Shown piece after piece: positions 19,356-28,174 of a stretch of 64,000 bases of DNA. Made by a program: the position numbers and the translations under genes. Below the pieces are notes generated by a model that was not told the DNA's origin, searched no databases, and was given only the letters and a program-made list of their open reading frames with translations. Source of the stretch: a phage. The stretch lies in the sequence record PX104380.1. One strand, 5' to 3'. How positions within the stretch are numbered: position 1 is the first letter of the stretch; every line of letters starts with the position of its first letter.

Positions 19356-20258
19356 TTAAGATTTAAGTAAATCAACAATTTTAATTAATTTTTCACGTTC
19401 AGATTTAGCTTTACTACTCAATCCGGATAGTCTAAAGATTTCATCGTCATACTGTTGAATAGAAATATTTAGCTCTTCAATTTGCTTATTAAAATAATCA
19501 ATTTGCTCAGAATGTTTTTCGTTACTGCGAACTGGTACAGGTTTTGTAGGCAATTTAGTTAAACTGGATTCATCCGGGCGATAAATTAAAATACAACTTG
19601 AACCAATCGGGCATTTTGCACCAGATGAATATTCTAATGTTCCGGCTTCTTTTAAAACTTCAAAAGCTAAACAGAGATGATGCCCCATATTAACATAATC
19701 TGTAGAGCGAGCTCTGACGTAATAATCATCGCCGCGAATACTAAATTTAAAGCATTTAAGGTCTTCTGTATTATTGGTCTTAAAAATCATTTGTTTATCT
19801 AGACCTTTAGCTAATCGAGCGCCTAATGCTAATAATCGTCGTTGATTTTCCCACAAATCTGCGATCATTTGGTCAAATGATAATTTCGGCATTAGTCGAC
19901 CATAAAGGTCATATCCTTTATTATAATTACGAAGGATTTCACTCGCGTTAATACGAGACAATGCTCCAATTTTATTAAGGGCTTTCATAATGCGATTAGA
20001 TAAACCCATTCCAGACCCGTTTGTTCGCTGCAAATGTTTTTCTAATCCAAATCCAATATCAACTTTAAACTTATCTAAAATTTCTGCATGAACATCTCTG
20101 TCAATAACATTCAAATCCAAAGTTGGGTTAAATCTATGAAAAAATTTATCTGGCTCTCCACGACGAAGTACAGTCCATTCATTCATTTTTTTATTAACTA
20201 AAGATTTAATTACTGTATTGACATTATTAATTACTACTGACATATTTTTCTCACTCAA
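19356..20258 (-). CDS. hypothetical protein, paralog family member 4 (300 aa)
   Basis: LWENQRRLLALGARL motif; C-terminal coiled coil. Confidence 0.6.
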   Translation of the reverse strand: MSEKNMSVVINNVNTVIKSLVNKKMNEWTVLRRGEPDKFFHRFNPTLDLNVIDRDVHAEILDKFKVDIGFGLEKHLQRTNGSGMGLSNRIMKALNKIGALSRINASEILRNYNKGYDLYGRLMPKLSFDQMIADLWENQRRLLALGARLAKGLDKQMIFKTNNTEDLKCFKFSIRGDDYYVRARSTDYVNMGHHLCLAFEVLKEAGTLEYSSGAKCPIGSSCILIYRPDESSLTKLPTKPVPVRSNEKHSEQIDYFNKQIEELNISIQQYDDEIFRLSGLSSKAKSEREKLIKIVDLLKS

Positions 20259-20659
20259 TTTTCAATTTTACTAAATACACAGAATATGATGGAAAAGACT
20301 ATATAAGCACCGCATACAGATTGAACTAATACCATTCCAAAGAACCAAACAATATTATCAAACAATGTCTGTTTTACGTCGAAAGGACGTAAACTTACAG
20401 TAATATTATCGCCTTTTTCTATTGATGAATACATCTCTGGTGAAATATATTCGCTAAATCTATAACCATCATTCAGCTCATATACAGCAATAAACGATAA
20501 ACTAGACCCCTTTCCTTGTGTTCCTGTAATAGTATTAACTACAGTAACATCATAATCTTTATAATGCATATAATCATTAATTGCATAATAACCATATGCA
20601 ATTACTATACATAAACAACATATCAATAAATTCAATCTTTTAATTATCAACTGTTTCAT
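20255..20659 (-). CDS. membrane protein (134 aa, N- and C-terminal TM helices)
   Basis: Hydrophobic segments at both ends. Confidence 0.55.
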   Translation of the reverse strand: MKQLIIKRLNLLICCLCIVIAYGYYAINDYMHYKDYDVTVVNTITGTQGKGSSLSFIAVYELNDGYRFSEYISPEMYSSIEKGDNITVSLRPFDVKQTLFDNIVWFFGMVLVQSVCGAYIVFSIIFCVFSKIEN

Positions 20660-20688
20660 AATAATCTCAATTAAAAGGGCTTAGAACC

Positions 20689-20720
20689 ATTATACCATCC
20701 TTGGTATAAAGCGGTTATGC
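20689..20720 (-). promoter_or_regulatory. possible MotA-dependent middle promoter (GCTTTA box 12 nt upstream of TATAAT)
   Basis: Minus-strand CGCTTTATACCAAGGATGGTATAAT. Confidence 0.35.
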
Positions 20721-21242
20721 GAGTACCGTCTTTAACCGTTCTTCAAACTTCCGAAGAGTATTCTGGCGTTCAGCTCTTTGCTTTTTGTAAGTTTCAATAC
20801 GCTCTGAAATGAGAGTGTATCGTTCATTTACTGATTCTTTCATAAAATCAGGAATTTCACGAGAAGCTTTAATCTCATCAAATTTATCAATAACAGCTTG
20901 CTCTTCAGCAATTAAGTTATCATACATCAAAATATCTTTCTTGATGAACTCAATATCTTCTTGAGTTACACGAGATAACTTAGATGCTTTATCCTTTTTG
21001 TACTGTTCGTTAGTATCACGAGACCAGTGTAATGTACGATTTTTATTCGTATTTTTGTAAATTTCTACGATACCAATCTCATCAATAATAACGATCCAAT
21101 TCCAACGGGATTTGTAAATTTGTCCTCCATCAACTGTGATTTCACCTCCGATTGAGATGTCATTAAAGAACTTGCTTTGTGCTTCAGATTTAAATTTACC
21201 ATCGTTGTAATTTACCAAGTTGAAAATATCTTTAGCGTTCAT
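20715..21242 (-). CDS. hypothetical protein (175 aa), C-terminal coiled coil
   Basis: Minus-strand ORF with SD GAGGAA; promoter immediately upstream. Confidence 0.55.
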   Translation of the reverse strand: MNAKDIFNLVNYNDGKFKSEAQSKFFNDISIGGEITVDGGQIYKSRWNWIVIIDEIGIVEIYKNTNKNRTLHWSRDTNEQYKKDKASKLSRVTQEDIEFIKKDILMYDNLIAEEQAVIDKFDEIKASREIPDFMKESVNERYTLISERIETYKKQRAERQNTLRKFEERLKTVLA

Positions 21243-21280
21243 TTTCTGTTCCTCTGTAGTTGATAGTTGTATAGTACCAC

Positions 21281-21310
21281 AGAGGAACAGTCTTGTAAAC
21301 CACTAAAAGA
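21281..21310 (-). promoter_or_regulatory. T4 early-type promoter
   Basis: Minus-strand GTTTACAAGACTGTTCCTCTGTGGTACTAT followed by the conserved 22-mer ACAACTATCAACT... Confidence 0.6.
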
Positions 21311-21617
21311 AACTTCTTTCACAATTTTTTCCACTGAACCACGCGCTCACTGCTTTCTTAGTCTCAGGAGCAGTGTTATCCATAAACCATTCAAAGGCAG
21401 CCTTTTTATGATTCTGGAGGGCTTCTCGGGCTTTAATCTGCTCACGGTCTATTAACACTAACATATGAGCCTTTCTTGTCACCAAGGGCTTCTTATGATT
21501 TTTTGAATACTCCCAATCATTTGTCCATCGCATCGTTGTTGCGAACTGAAATACTGCTTCTTTAATTTTAGTTTCGTAAATTTCACGAGCCTTTGAGTAT
21601 AACATCATTACCTCCAT
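21303..21617 (-). CDS. hypothetical protein (104 aa)
   Basis: Minus-strand ORF. Confidence 0.5.
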   Translation of the reverse strand: MEVMMLYSKAREIYETKIKEAVFQFATTMRWTNDWEYSKNHKKPLVTRKAHMLVLIDREQIKAREALQNHKKAAFEWFMDNTAPETKKAVSAWFSGKNCERSFF

Positions 21618-21687
21618 TTACTAGTTTAATTCTAGTCATCTTTTTGATGGCAGTCCATATAATCTATTTCTGAACTGCCTTTTTGTC

Positions 21688-22407
21688 TTAGGATTCTTCT
21701 AAATGTCTTTTCTGAAAAGTTGATACCATACTACGATACGGTTCATTTGGATACCCGTGTTTTATAGCTTCCTTTGTAAATTTTCTCCATCCATATTTAG
21801 TTTCTTTCCAAAGCTCGAATAATTCATCTTCATACTGCCATATAGTTAAATGAGAACGCTTTGCAGCTTTAATTCCATTAATATGCTTTTCTTTTACTAC
21901 AGGATTGCTTAGTTTCTTTTTAATAATATTACTAACTTTTCTAACAAAAACTGGGTCCTTATATCGTTGCGAAGTTTTTATTGAAGTGTTTAATTTAGCT
22001 TCCGGTGTGGATGTGACCTCTTTCATCTTTTTCTTCATATGCTGTATATGATTAGGATTTTTCCATAAATTTATAGAATGCTTTTTGCATTTTATCCTAG
22101 TTTCATCTGCAACCTTTCCTCCTTCACCTCCGTATGACAGGTTAACACAGTTTTTTCCATATTTCAATTTACCTGCCATGATATATAATATTTCAGCTTG
22201 TACCATTTTATCATAATTATCAAAAACTTCTAAAACCGTTTTTGATAATATGTGGTCATTTGACACTTTTACACGTTCTATATAATTTCCACTACCAACA
22301 TACGAATCATTGATGTTATTAGTTATATGTCGACCATAATAGTATTTCTTAATACCTGTCTTTAAATTTAATATTTCAGTTTTATAGATAGTAAAATATT
22401 TTTTCAT
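21688..22407 (-). mobile_element. divergent GIY-YIG-like putative endonuclease (239 aa)
   Basis: IYKTE...KYYYGRHITNNINDSYVGSG parallels KEYIGAHSTDNINDGYMGSG of the ORF at 11264-12094; basic C-terminal half. Confidence 0.4.
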
Positions 22408-23372
22408 TTTAATAATACCGTTTCAGCAATTTCTTCCCAATGATTTTTGTCGGTCATAATAAAGTCAGCAAGATAAAGAGCAGTACGCAGTGAAACATTG
22501 CGTAAACGATTAACATTGACTTTCATCCATGATAATGCTTTATAAGTTTCTTCATCAGAAAGACCGCGCTTTTGCATCATGTCAGTTGAAAGAATAACAT
22601 CTTCAACCCTGACCATAATTTCTTCATTAGTGTGAACACCCAAATCCAAATAAACTGAGCGGGACACTAATGCTTGTAAATGTGGAGCAAGTTTAGTACC
22701 ACGGTCTAATTCGCGGTCAATGTCAACGTTTGTGATAAAAACAATCGTTCCTTTAAATTCAAACTCACGCTCAATGCCTTTTTCTTCTAAGTAAGAAGAT
22801 GCGGTGCTCCAGCAGACTTTACGGGTCTCTCCAGTGTCCAGAGCAGCTTTCAGAAGATTAAGAATGTCCATATCAGAGAAAACATCCACATCATCAATCA
22901 AAAGGACAGAATTCTCTTCACGATTATTCCAAAGCTGTTCATAAAGACCGATACCAGAGATTTTACCATTAATGCTTTTATACTCAATGTATCCAATATC
23001 ATTTGCTTTATTTAAAGCTTTATCTAAAGAATACGTTTTACCAATACCCGCCGCGCCAGAGATAATTAATGAACGAATGTTTCCGTTAATAATACCATTC
23101 GTCATCATTCCCATAACATTAAATCTTTTATTAATGCGGGTTTTCATATCTTCATACGATTCTTTAACTTCTTCAACTTTTACACCATCATATGAAATGT
23201 CTGATTTGTAAACCCAAACACCGCGACGTTTACCGTCAATTTCAACAAAAACTTTACCATCTCCTTGTGCATCTACTGGAGCATTATCAGGGAACCACTC
23301 ACCTAAGAGTTCAAAGGTTCCAGAGATTTCTTTGCCAAAGTAAATACCCTTATTGATAGTTACAGTTTTCAT
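22404..23372 (-). CDS. P-loop AAA+-type ATPase of unknown function (322 aa from SD-supported start MKTVTINKG)
   Basis: Walker A GAAGIGKT, Walker B VLLIDDVD, downstream TN sensor-like residues; own early promoter. Confidence 0.6.
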   Translation of the reverse strand: MKTVTINKGIYFGKEISGTFELLGEWFPDNAPVDAQGDGKVFVEIDGKRRGVWVYKSDISYDGVKVEEVKESYEDMKTRINKRFNVMGMMTNGIINGNIRSLIISGAAGIGKTYSLDKALNKANDIGYIEYKSINGKISGIGLYEQLWNNREENSVLLIDDVDVFSDMDILNLLKAALDTGETRKVCWSTASSYLEEKGIEREFEFKGTIVFITNVDIDRELDRGTKLAPHLQALVSRSVYLDLGVHTNEEIMVRVEDVILSTDMMQKRGLSDEETYKALSWMKVNVNRLRNVSLRTALYLADFIMTDKNHWEEIAETVLLK

Positions 23373-23406
23373 TTTATTCTCCAAATCTGTATCAGTTGAT
23401 AGTTGT

Positions 23407-23436
23407 ATAGTACCATAAAGCTTTATGCTTGTAAAC
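23407..23436 (-). promoter_or_regulatory. T4 early-type promoter
   Basis: Minus-strand GTTTACAAGCATAAAGCTTTATGGTACTAT + conserved 22-mer. Confidence 0.6.
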
Positions 23437-23460
23437 AACTTTGTGAAAAATTTTTGAAAT

Positions 23461-23485
23461 AAAAAAAGGGAGCCCGAAGGCTCCC
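23461..23485 (-). terminator. rho-independent terminator (7-bp G+C stem, UUCG loop, U7)
   Basis: gggagcc-cgaa-ggctccc stem preceded on plus strand by A7. Confidence 0.75.
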
Positions 23486-23487
23486 TA

Positions 23488-24501
23488 TCATTTATAATAA
23501 CTTCGATGGTTTTCAAGATAGACCTTCTCAAGGAAGTCATCCCAGAAACTCATATCTACCTTATCAGGCATACCGTTCTTAGAAGCTTCAGTAGATGCTG
23601 CTTCTACTTGATCAACCACATCTTCCAAAAACTCTTGAACTGTTTTAAATGGATGTTTACCCAGCTTCACGTCGAGAATAAATGGAGCATCTTGAAGTGG
23701 ATAAATTAAGTCGCCAGTTTTGTAAATTTCCAATAGTTGGAGTCCACCACGACAAGCATGACTCAAAGCTTTCCAGTCAATGCCTTCATTGGCTTCGGCT
23801 TTACGAGCACGTTCACCGTATTCAGCATCTAATTTGTTCAGTGACTGCTTAAGCTCAATAAGAGAAAGCGTTGTCTGATATTTACGACCCAACACAGTGT
23901 AGAACGTTTGTGGGCCTGTTTTCTCATGATTATGGAACACCCATTCACAGAATTCGTTTTCTGGAAGACGATGCTTAATATCTTCAATTTTAGTGCGACG
24001 TTGTCCTTGTGTTCCATCTTCTCGGTAGACATTCCGTTGATCAGGAATTTGATTAATTACTTTCAACACATCACGTAATGCAGCTAGACGAGAACCTTTA
24101 ACACCATATTTAGAAGCTTGCTTGCGAACATATCCTAAATAGGATTTCATGTTAGTCGTATAAAAACGAGAACGGTTGTCTTGAATAAACTTCCACACAT
24201 CAGGCAAATCAGATTTAACCACTAGTTCAGGTGGAGTGTGTAGCATATCCAATGCTACAGTTTCACCATCTGCTGCTAATTTAAAGAAATATTTAAGACT
24301 GTATAGTTCATGGTCAATATCATCTTTAGTGTTTTTAGATGATGTGTTGTTAGTGTTTTTACTCATGTGCTCTTTGACATTTCCGATAAGAATATCGCGA
24401 GCAGGAGGAACAAAGATTTCTTTAAAATCTACATCAGATTCTGGAGTAGAAATTCCATAAAGATGACTACCAAAATAGCTTTTCATTACTGTTTTCATCA
24501 T
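23488..24501 (-). CDS. Pol-beta-superfamily nucleotidyltransferase-like protein (337 aa)
   Basis: FGSHLYGISTPESDVDF matches the GS-x(9-10)-DxD minimal NTase motif; large helical C-terminal domain. Confidence 0.55.
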   Translation of the reverse strand: MMKTVMKSYFGSHLYGISTPESDVDFKEIFVPPARDILIGNVKEHMSKNTNNTSSKNTKDDIDHELYSLKYFFKLAADGETVALDMLHTPPELVVKSDLPDVWKFIQDNRSRFYTTNMKSYLGYVRKQASKYGVKGSRLAALRDVLKVINQIPDQRNVYREDGTQGQRRTKIEDIKHRLPENEFCEWVFHNHEKTGPQTFYTVLGRKYQTTLSLIELKQSLNKLDAEYGERARKAEANEGIDWKALSHACRGGLQLLEIYKTGDLIYPLQDAPFILDVKLGKHPFKTVQEFLEDVVDQVEAASTEASKNGMPDKVDMSFWDDFLEKVYLENHRSYYK

Positions 24502-24959
24502 TCAGCCTTATATTCAATAACAGGACATACTTTAGCTTTACGAGCTTTTAAAAATTCAACGATAATCGATTTCTTGGGTTGAATAGGAGGTAAACCTTTA
24601 TTTTTCCTATCAATGTTTTCTACGTGTAAAGCATAATCCTTTTTCCATTTATAATCTTTATATTTTTCACGCAAATGTACAGGAATAACAAATGAACCAA
24701 TAATAAGTAAAACAACCAAAAGCGCAAGTATAAATGCTGATGGAAGCAAAGTCCATAAACTACCAAAAATAAGCCAGCGCTGTAAACTTTCTGCACAAAT
24801 AATTGTCAGCCCTACGAGTATAGCACACCCAAAAATAGAAACGAAAAATGTAGGGATAACAATAGACCAAAAGTATGCACATAGCGTCTTAGGTCGTTGC
24901 CATTCATCGTTAAACAATTTGAATAATTTATAGTGCCAAGAGTTTTCATTAATAATCAT
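24498..24959 (-). CDS. integral membrane protein (153 aa)
   Basis: Three predicted hydrophobic helices. Confidence 0.55.
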   Translation of the reverse strand: MIINENSWHYKLFKLFNDEWQRPKTLCAYFWSIVIPTFFVSIFGCAILVGLTIICAESLQRWLIFGSLWTLLPSAFILALLVVLLIIGSFVIPVHLREKYKDYKWKKDYALHVENIDRKNKGLPPIQPKKSIIVEFLKARKAKVCPVIEYKAE

Positions 24960-24961
24960 AA

Positions 24962-25483
24962 TTATCCTTTCATTGAAGGCGTAACGGTTGTTAAATACTT
25001 AATCATAGCTTCAGCTTCTGATTTTGATAATGAAATTTCTCCATTGTTTTGACGAATAGAAATAAAATCCGGATGACGGTCACCACCAGCTTTTAAAACG
25101 CACATATAAGTATCAACTTCGCCTTCAATATTTGAAATGATTGAAGCAGTTCCACATGAATGCGGTTTTTGATAAATCAATGCAGCTTTTCTTCCGCCAT
25201 TTGACTGTTCATAAACTTTTAATACATCAAACAAATCACTTCTTTTATCAATAGCTAAAATGTTATTTTCATCTTCAATGTTAAATCCTTCGGATACTTC
25301 ATAAAGTGTCACCCATAAATCGCCAATATCAATAACAGCGTTCACTTTTCCATGACTTTCAAGAGCATGACAAATTTTCTTGATTTCGTCATAACCCATT
25401 TTAATAATATCATCTCCTTGAATAAGAAAGATGTCATTTTTAAATTCAACACGAATTAAACCACTTCCACTTGAAATAAACAT
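24962..25483 (-). CDS. hypothetical protein, paralog B of tandem pair (173 aa)
   Basis: C-terminus SEAEAMIKYLTTVTPSM parallels DEAIALKNYLDSVIPTM of the upstream gene. Confidence 0.55.
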   Translation of the reverse strand: MFISSGSGLIRVEFKNDIFLIQGDDIIKMGYDEIKKICHALESHGKVNAVIDIGDLWVTLYEVSEGFNIEDENNILAIDKRSDLFDVLKVYEQSNGGRKAALIYQKPHSCGTASIISNIEGEVDTYMCVLKAGGDRHPDFISIRQNNGEISLSKSEAEAMIKYLTTVTPSMKG

Positions 25484-25489
25484 ATTTCC

Positions 25490-26044
25490 TCACTTTGAAA
25501 TCATAGTTGGAATGACAGAATCAAGATAATTCTTTAGCGCAATAGCTTCGTCTTTGGTAAATGTGACAATATGTGCTCGAGAATCATCATTTTGGCGAAC
25601 AAGTACGACATCGCCATCTTCATAAGAAGTCTTGACATCCAAAGTCGTAGTATAGTTTGCAGCTACTGGATTAATAATGCTAGCACCGCGATCTTTAGCC
25701 CATTGAAGTTTAACCTTTTCGGGTGTTTCGACTGTTTCAGATTCCAAGAATTCTTTCACCTTGGTAACGAATGTTGCCCAATTGTTGATAGAAAGACACA
25801 TAAATTCAGTTTCAATATTACCGCCGTAAAGGCCACGATAAAAACGAACTTGGAGGTCGCCTGTAATATTAGTTACACCGGTAACTCCTGAGGGAGCATA
25901 AGATAAAATCGCAGCCAGTTCCATAGGGAGAATAGTAATACTATCGTCTTCCTGCGTCAGAACGTATACATTATCACGTTTTTCGATAACCAGGTCACCG
26001 AACAAATCAGTTGTTTCAATTACAGCTTTCATATTATTTACCAA
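25490..26044 (-). CDS. hypothetical protein, paralog A of tandem pair (184 aa)
   Basis: See paralog B. Confidence 0.55.
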   Translation of the reverse strand: MVNNMKAVIETTDLFGDLVIEKRDNVYVLTQEDDSITILPMELAAILSYAPSGVTGVTNITGDLQVRFYRGLYGGNIETEFMCLSINNWATFVTKVKEFLESETVETPEKVKLQWAKDRGASIINPVAANYTTTLDVKTSYEDGDVVLVRQNDDSRAHIVTFTKDEAIALKNYLDSVIPTMISK

Positions 26045-26219
26045 TTAAAGTTTCAATATAAGAATCAAGATTTACTTTAGCTTCTTCCATAAGAATTTTG
26101 TATTTAATCTTGTTAGCATGTCCGGAGAAAGCTGATTCATCAATAATTGTTGATGTATGAACAGCTCTACTATACGTCTCAATTAATTCTCTTAATTTAA
26201 AAGCCTGCTCACTTGTCAT
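26034..26219 (-). CDS. small helical protein (61 aa), member of small paralog family
   Basis: SEQAFKLRELI...YIETL pattern shared with several small ORFs. Confidence 0.45.
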   Translation of the reverse strand: MTSEQAFKLRELIETYSRAVHTSTIIDESAFSGHANKIKYKILMEEAKVNLDSYIETLIGK

Positions 26220-26323
26220 TACATACTCCTTTGAATAATATCAATAATGTTATTCACCAGATTATAAGTAAACATTGGGTAATTATATTGAATCATCACA
26301 TACACAACAAACAAAACTTTCAT
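26219..26323 (-). CDS. small hydrophobic peptide (34 aa), TAATG-coupled to downstream gene
   Basis: ATG at 26323 preceded by AAGGAGAAGAGA, about 22 nt downstream of predicted transcription start; not in ORF track because of size. Confidence 0.4.
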   Translation of the reverse strand: MKVLFVVYVMIQYNYPMFTYNLVNNIIDIIQRSM

Positions 26324-26351
26324 TCTCTTCTCCTTGGCAGTTGACAAGATT

Positions 26352-26381
26352 ACTATACCATAACCTTGCCAACTTGTAAAC
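26352..26381 (-). promoter_or_regulatory. T4 early-type promoter heading the operon that ends at the NTase gene
   Basis: Minus-strand GTTTACAAGTTGGCAAGGTTATGGTATAGT. Confidence 0.55.
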
Positions 26382-26546
26382 CATTAAATGACGTTTTCGA
26401 TAAAATTCTGAAGCTTTGTATGAGCATCAACCATGATTTTCATTTCTTCCTTTGCGAAAGCTGTGCCTCTTTCACGAGAAGAACATTCATAGTCAGAAAC
26501 TGCATTAGCATATTCTTCAATTAGCTTCATTAAAAACATCTGCTTT

Positions 26547-26741
26547 TCAGTTTTCATTATTCCACCTAATCATTTCAAGATATTGAACTAACTTAGCTTT
26601 GGATTTATCCAAATCCTTTTTAGCTGTTGCTATACCTTCGTATGAATATCCTTCACAATGCTCAACTGCTAATTGATATGAATCTATTTCAACATCACGT
26701 GCTAATTTAATGATTTTTTCAAACTGTTCGTGTGTTAACAT
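26547..26741 (-). CDS. small helical protein (64 aa), small paralog family
   Basis: THEQFEKIIKLA...VQYLEMI pattern. Confidence 0.45.
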   Translation of the reverse strand: MLTHEQFEKIIKLARDVEIDSYQLAVEHCEGYSYEGIATAKKDLDKSKAKLVQYLEMIRWNNEN

Positions 26742-26743
26742 AA

Positions 26744-26983
26744 TTAAACTCTCGTATTATGATCGATAATTTCATCAAGAAACATATCTAACGCTTCTAT
26801 AGCATTATCCACTTTAGTTTCAAAGTCTTTAATGCCTTTATTCGAAATACCCGATGAATACCAAGCAAAGTCAATCAGCTCTTCATCTGCTTTGCGAATT
26901 GAAGCCACTAATTCCTTGATTTTATCTGCTTGCTCTACGCTAATCATTATTCCACCACATATGACAGAGAGAATATTGCACAC
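26744..26983 (-). CDS. small helical protein (79 aa), small paralog family
   Basis: [12 protein letters not shown]...ALDMFLDEI pattern. Confidence 0.45.
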
Positions 26984-27135
26984 GCCATGTGAGTTGCAAC
27001 TTCATCACACATATTATAACGTTTCTTAAGAAGTTCTACAAGTTCTTCACTAGTAACTTCATCCATGTCGACGAAAAAATCACCATTAATGATGACGTAG
27101 ATATTTCCTTCTTGATTGAGTGCTTCAATTTTCAT
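26947..27135 (-). CDS. hypothetical small protein (62 aa from SD-supported start MKIEALN)
   Basis: Early promoter at 27164-27193 excludes the longer listed start; GAGGAGAACATC precedes ATG. Confidence 0.45.
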
Positions 27136-27163
27136 GATGTTCTCCTCTTTATCCGATGGTTGT

Positions 27164-27193
27164 ATAGTATCACAGCTCAAACGGAAAGTAAAC
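27164..27193 (-). promoter_or_regulatory. T4 early-type promoter
   Basis: Minus-strand GTTTACTTTCCGTTTGAGCTGTGATACTAT. Confidence 0.55.
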
Positions 27194-27203
27194 CGGTAAA
27201 ATG

Positions 27204-27226
27204 AAAAAAGTCTCCCGAAGGAGACT
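27204..27226 (-). terminator. rho-independent terminator (UUCG-loop hairpin + U-run)
   Basis: agtctcc-cgaa-ggagact stem, followed on minus transcript by UUUUUUCAU. Confidence 0.7.
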
Positions 27227-27230
27227 AATG

Positions 27231-27617
27231 TTATTCGAGGGAAAGAAGATACTTACTCTGGTAAAACATTCCAGTAATATCATCTATCGTGCTTTGAATG
27301 GCTGGAGGCATTTCTTTATAAATGCTGTTAGATTGGTCTAGTATGCGATCAATCATTTTAATTGTGTCGGTAGGAAGTTTACTGGCATCTGGAATTGAAG
27401 GCGTGTATTTTCTACCAGAATACCCCAAATATTGCTCACCAAATTTATCAATCAAATCTGGCAATTCGGAGAAAATAAAATCGTATGCTTTGTGTCTAGC
27501 ATAACTTTTAGTTTCAAAATGCGCAGAATGAAAATAAGCTTGTGCAGCCATTAATAAACCTAAGTATTCATCTGCCTTTGAAGGTTTTCCACTTTGTGAA
27601 AAGTCGCTGAATTTCAT
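27231..27617 (-). CDS. hypothetical protein adjacent to rI (128 aa)
   Basis: Minus-strand ORF overlapping rI stop by 4 nt. Confidence 0.55.
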
Positions 27618-27907
27618 TCAGTCTCCAATTTAATGTTCATAATTCTAGCGTATGATTGTGCCATCTCCGCGCCTCGTTCTATACATTCGAAATCAGAAGA
27701 GCACGGGTCATTTTTATAGGTCGTTCTCATAAAACTATAGAACTGTTCAGATGATTCTACGCTTTTATTTTCAAAAAGCATATAAACATGTCTAATACCA
27801 GATTCCATAAATTTATCAAAATGAGGATCGACATTCGCTTCAATTGGTGGAGATAAAGCAAATGACAATCCTAGCATGGCAAATAGTGCCGTTGCTTTTA
27901 AGGCCAT
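27614..27907 (-). CDS. rI: lysis-inhibition protein RI (antiholin), 97 aa
   Basis: MALKATALFAMLGLSFALSPPIEANVDPHFDKFMESG... signal-anchor then periplasmic domain, recognised as T4 RI. Confidence 0.9.
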   Translation of the reverse strand: MALKATALFAMLGLSFALSPPIEANVDPHFDKFMESGIRHVYMLFENKSVESSEQFYSFMRTTYKNDPCSSDFECIERGAEMAQSYARIMNIKLETE

Positions 27908-27919
27908 AAAGGCCTCCTA

Positions 27920-28132
27920 TCATTTTTGTCCTGTATTTACTTTATGCCGATGCACGGCCTTAACTTTATCAAGGTATTTTTCAAAATTTCGCAATCTAGT
28001 ATAGTCTGCCGGAGATTGGTTGAGTGATACTTCTCGACGCAAAGCTGAAATGATATTTCCAACTTCCCTACGAATTTCATCTAATTGAAGCACAGTAAGA
28101 TTGCGAAGTTGCTTTTCAGTTAATTGTAGCAT
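27920..28132 (-). CDS. small helical protein (70 aa)
   Basis: Minus-strand ORF between tk and rI. Confidence 0.5.
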
Positions 28133-28174
28133 ATATACCCCTTTAGTTAGATAAACCTATTTATAACTTTTGCA

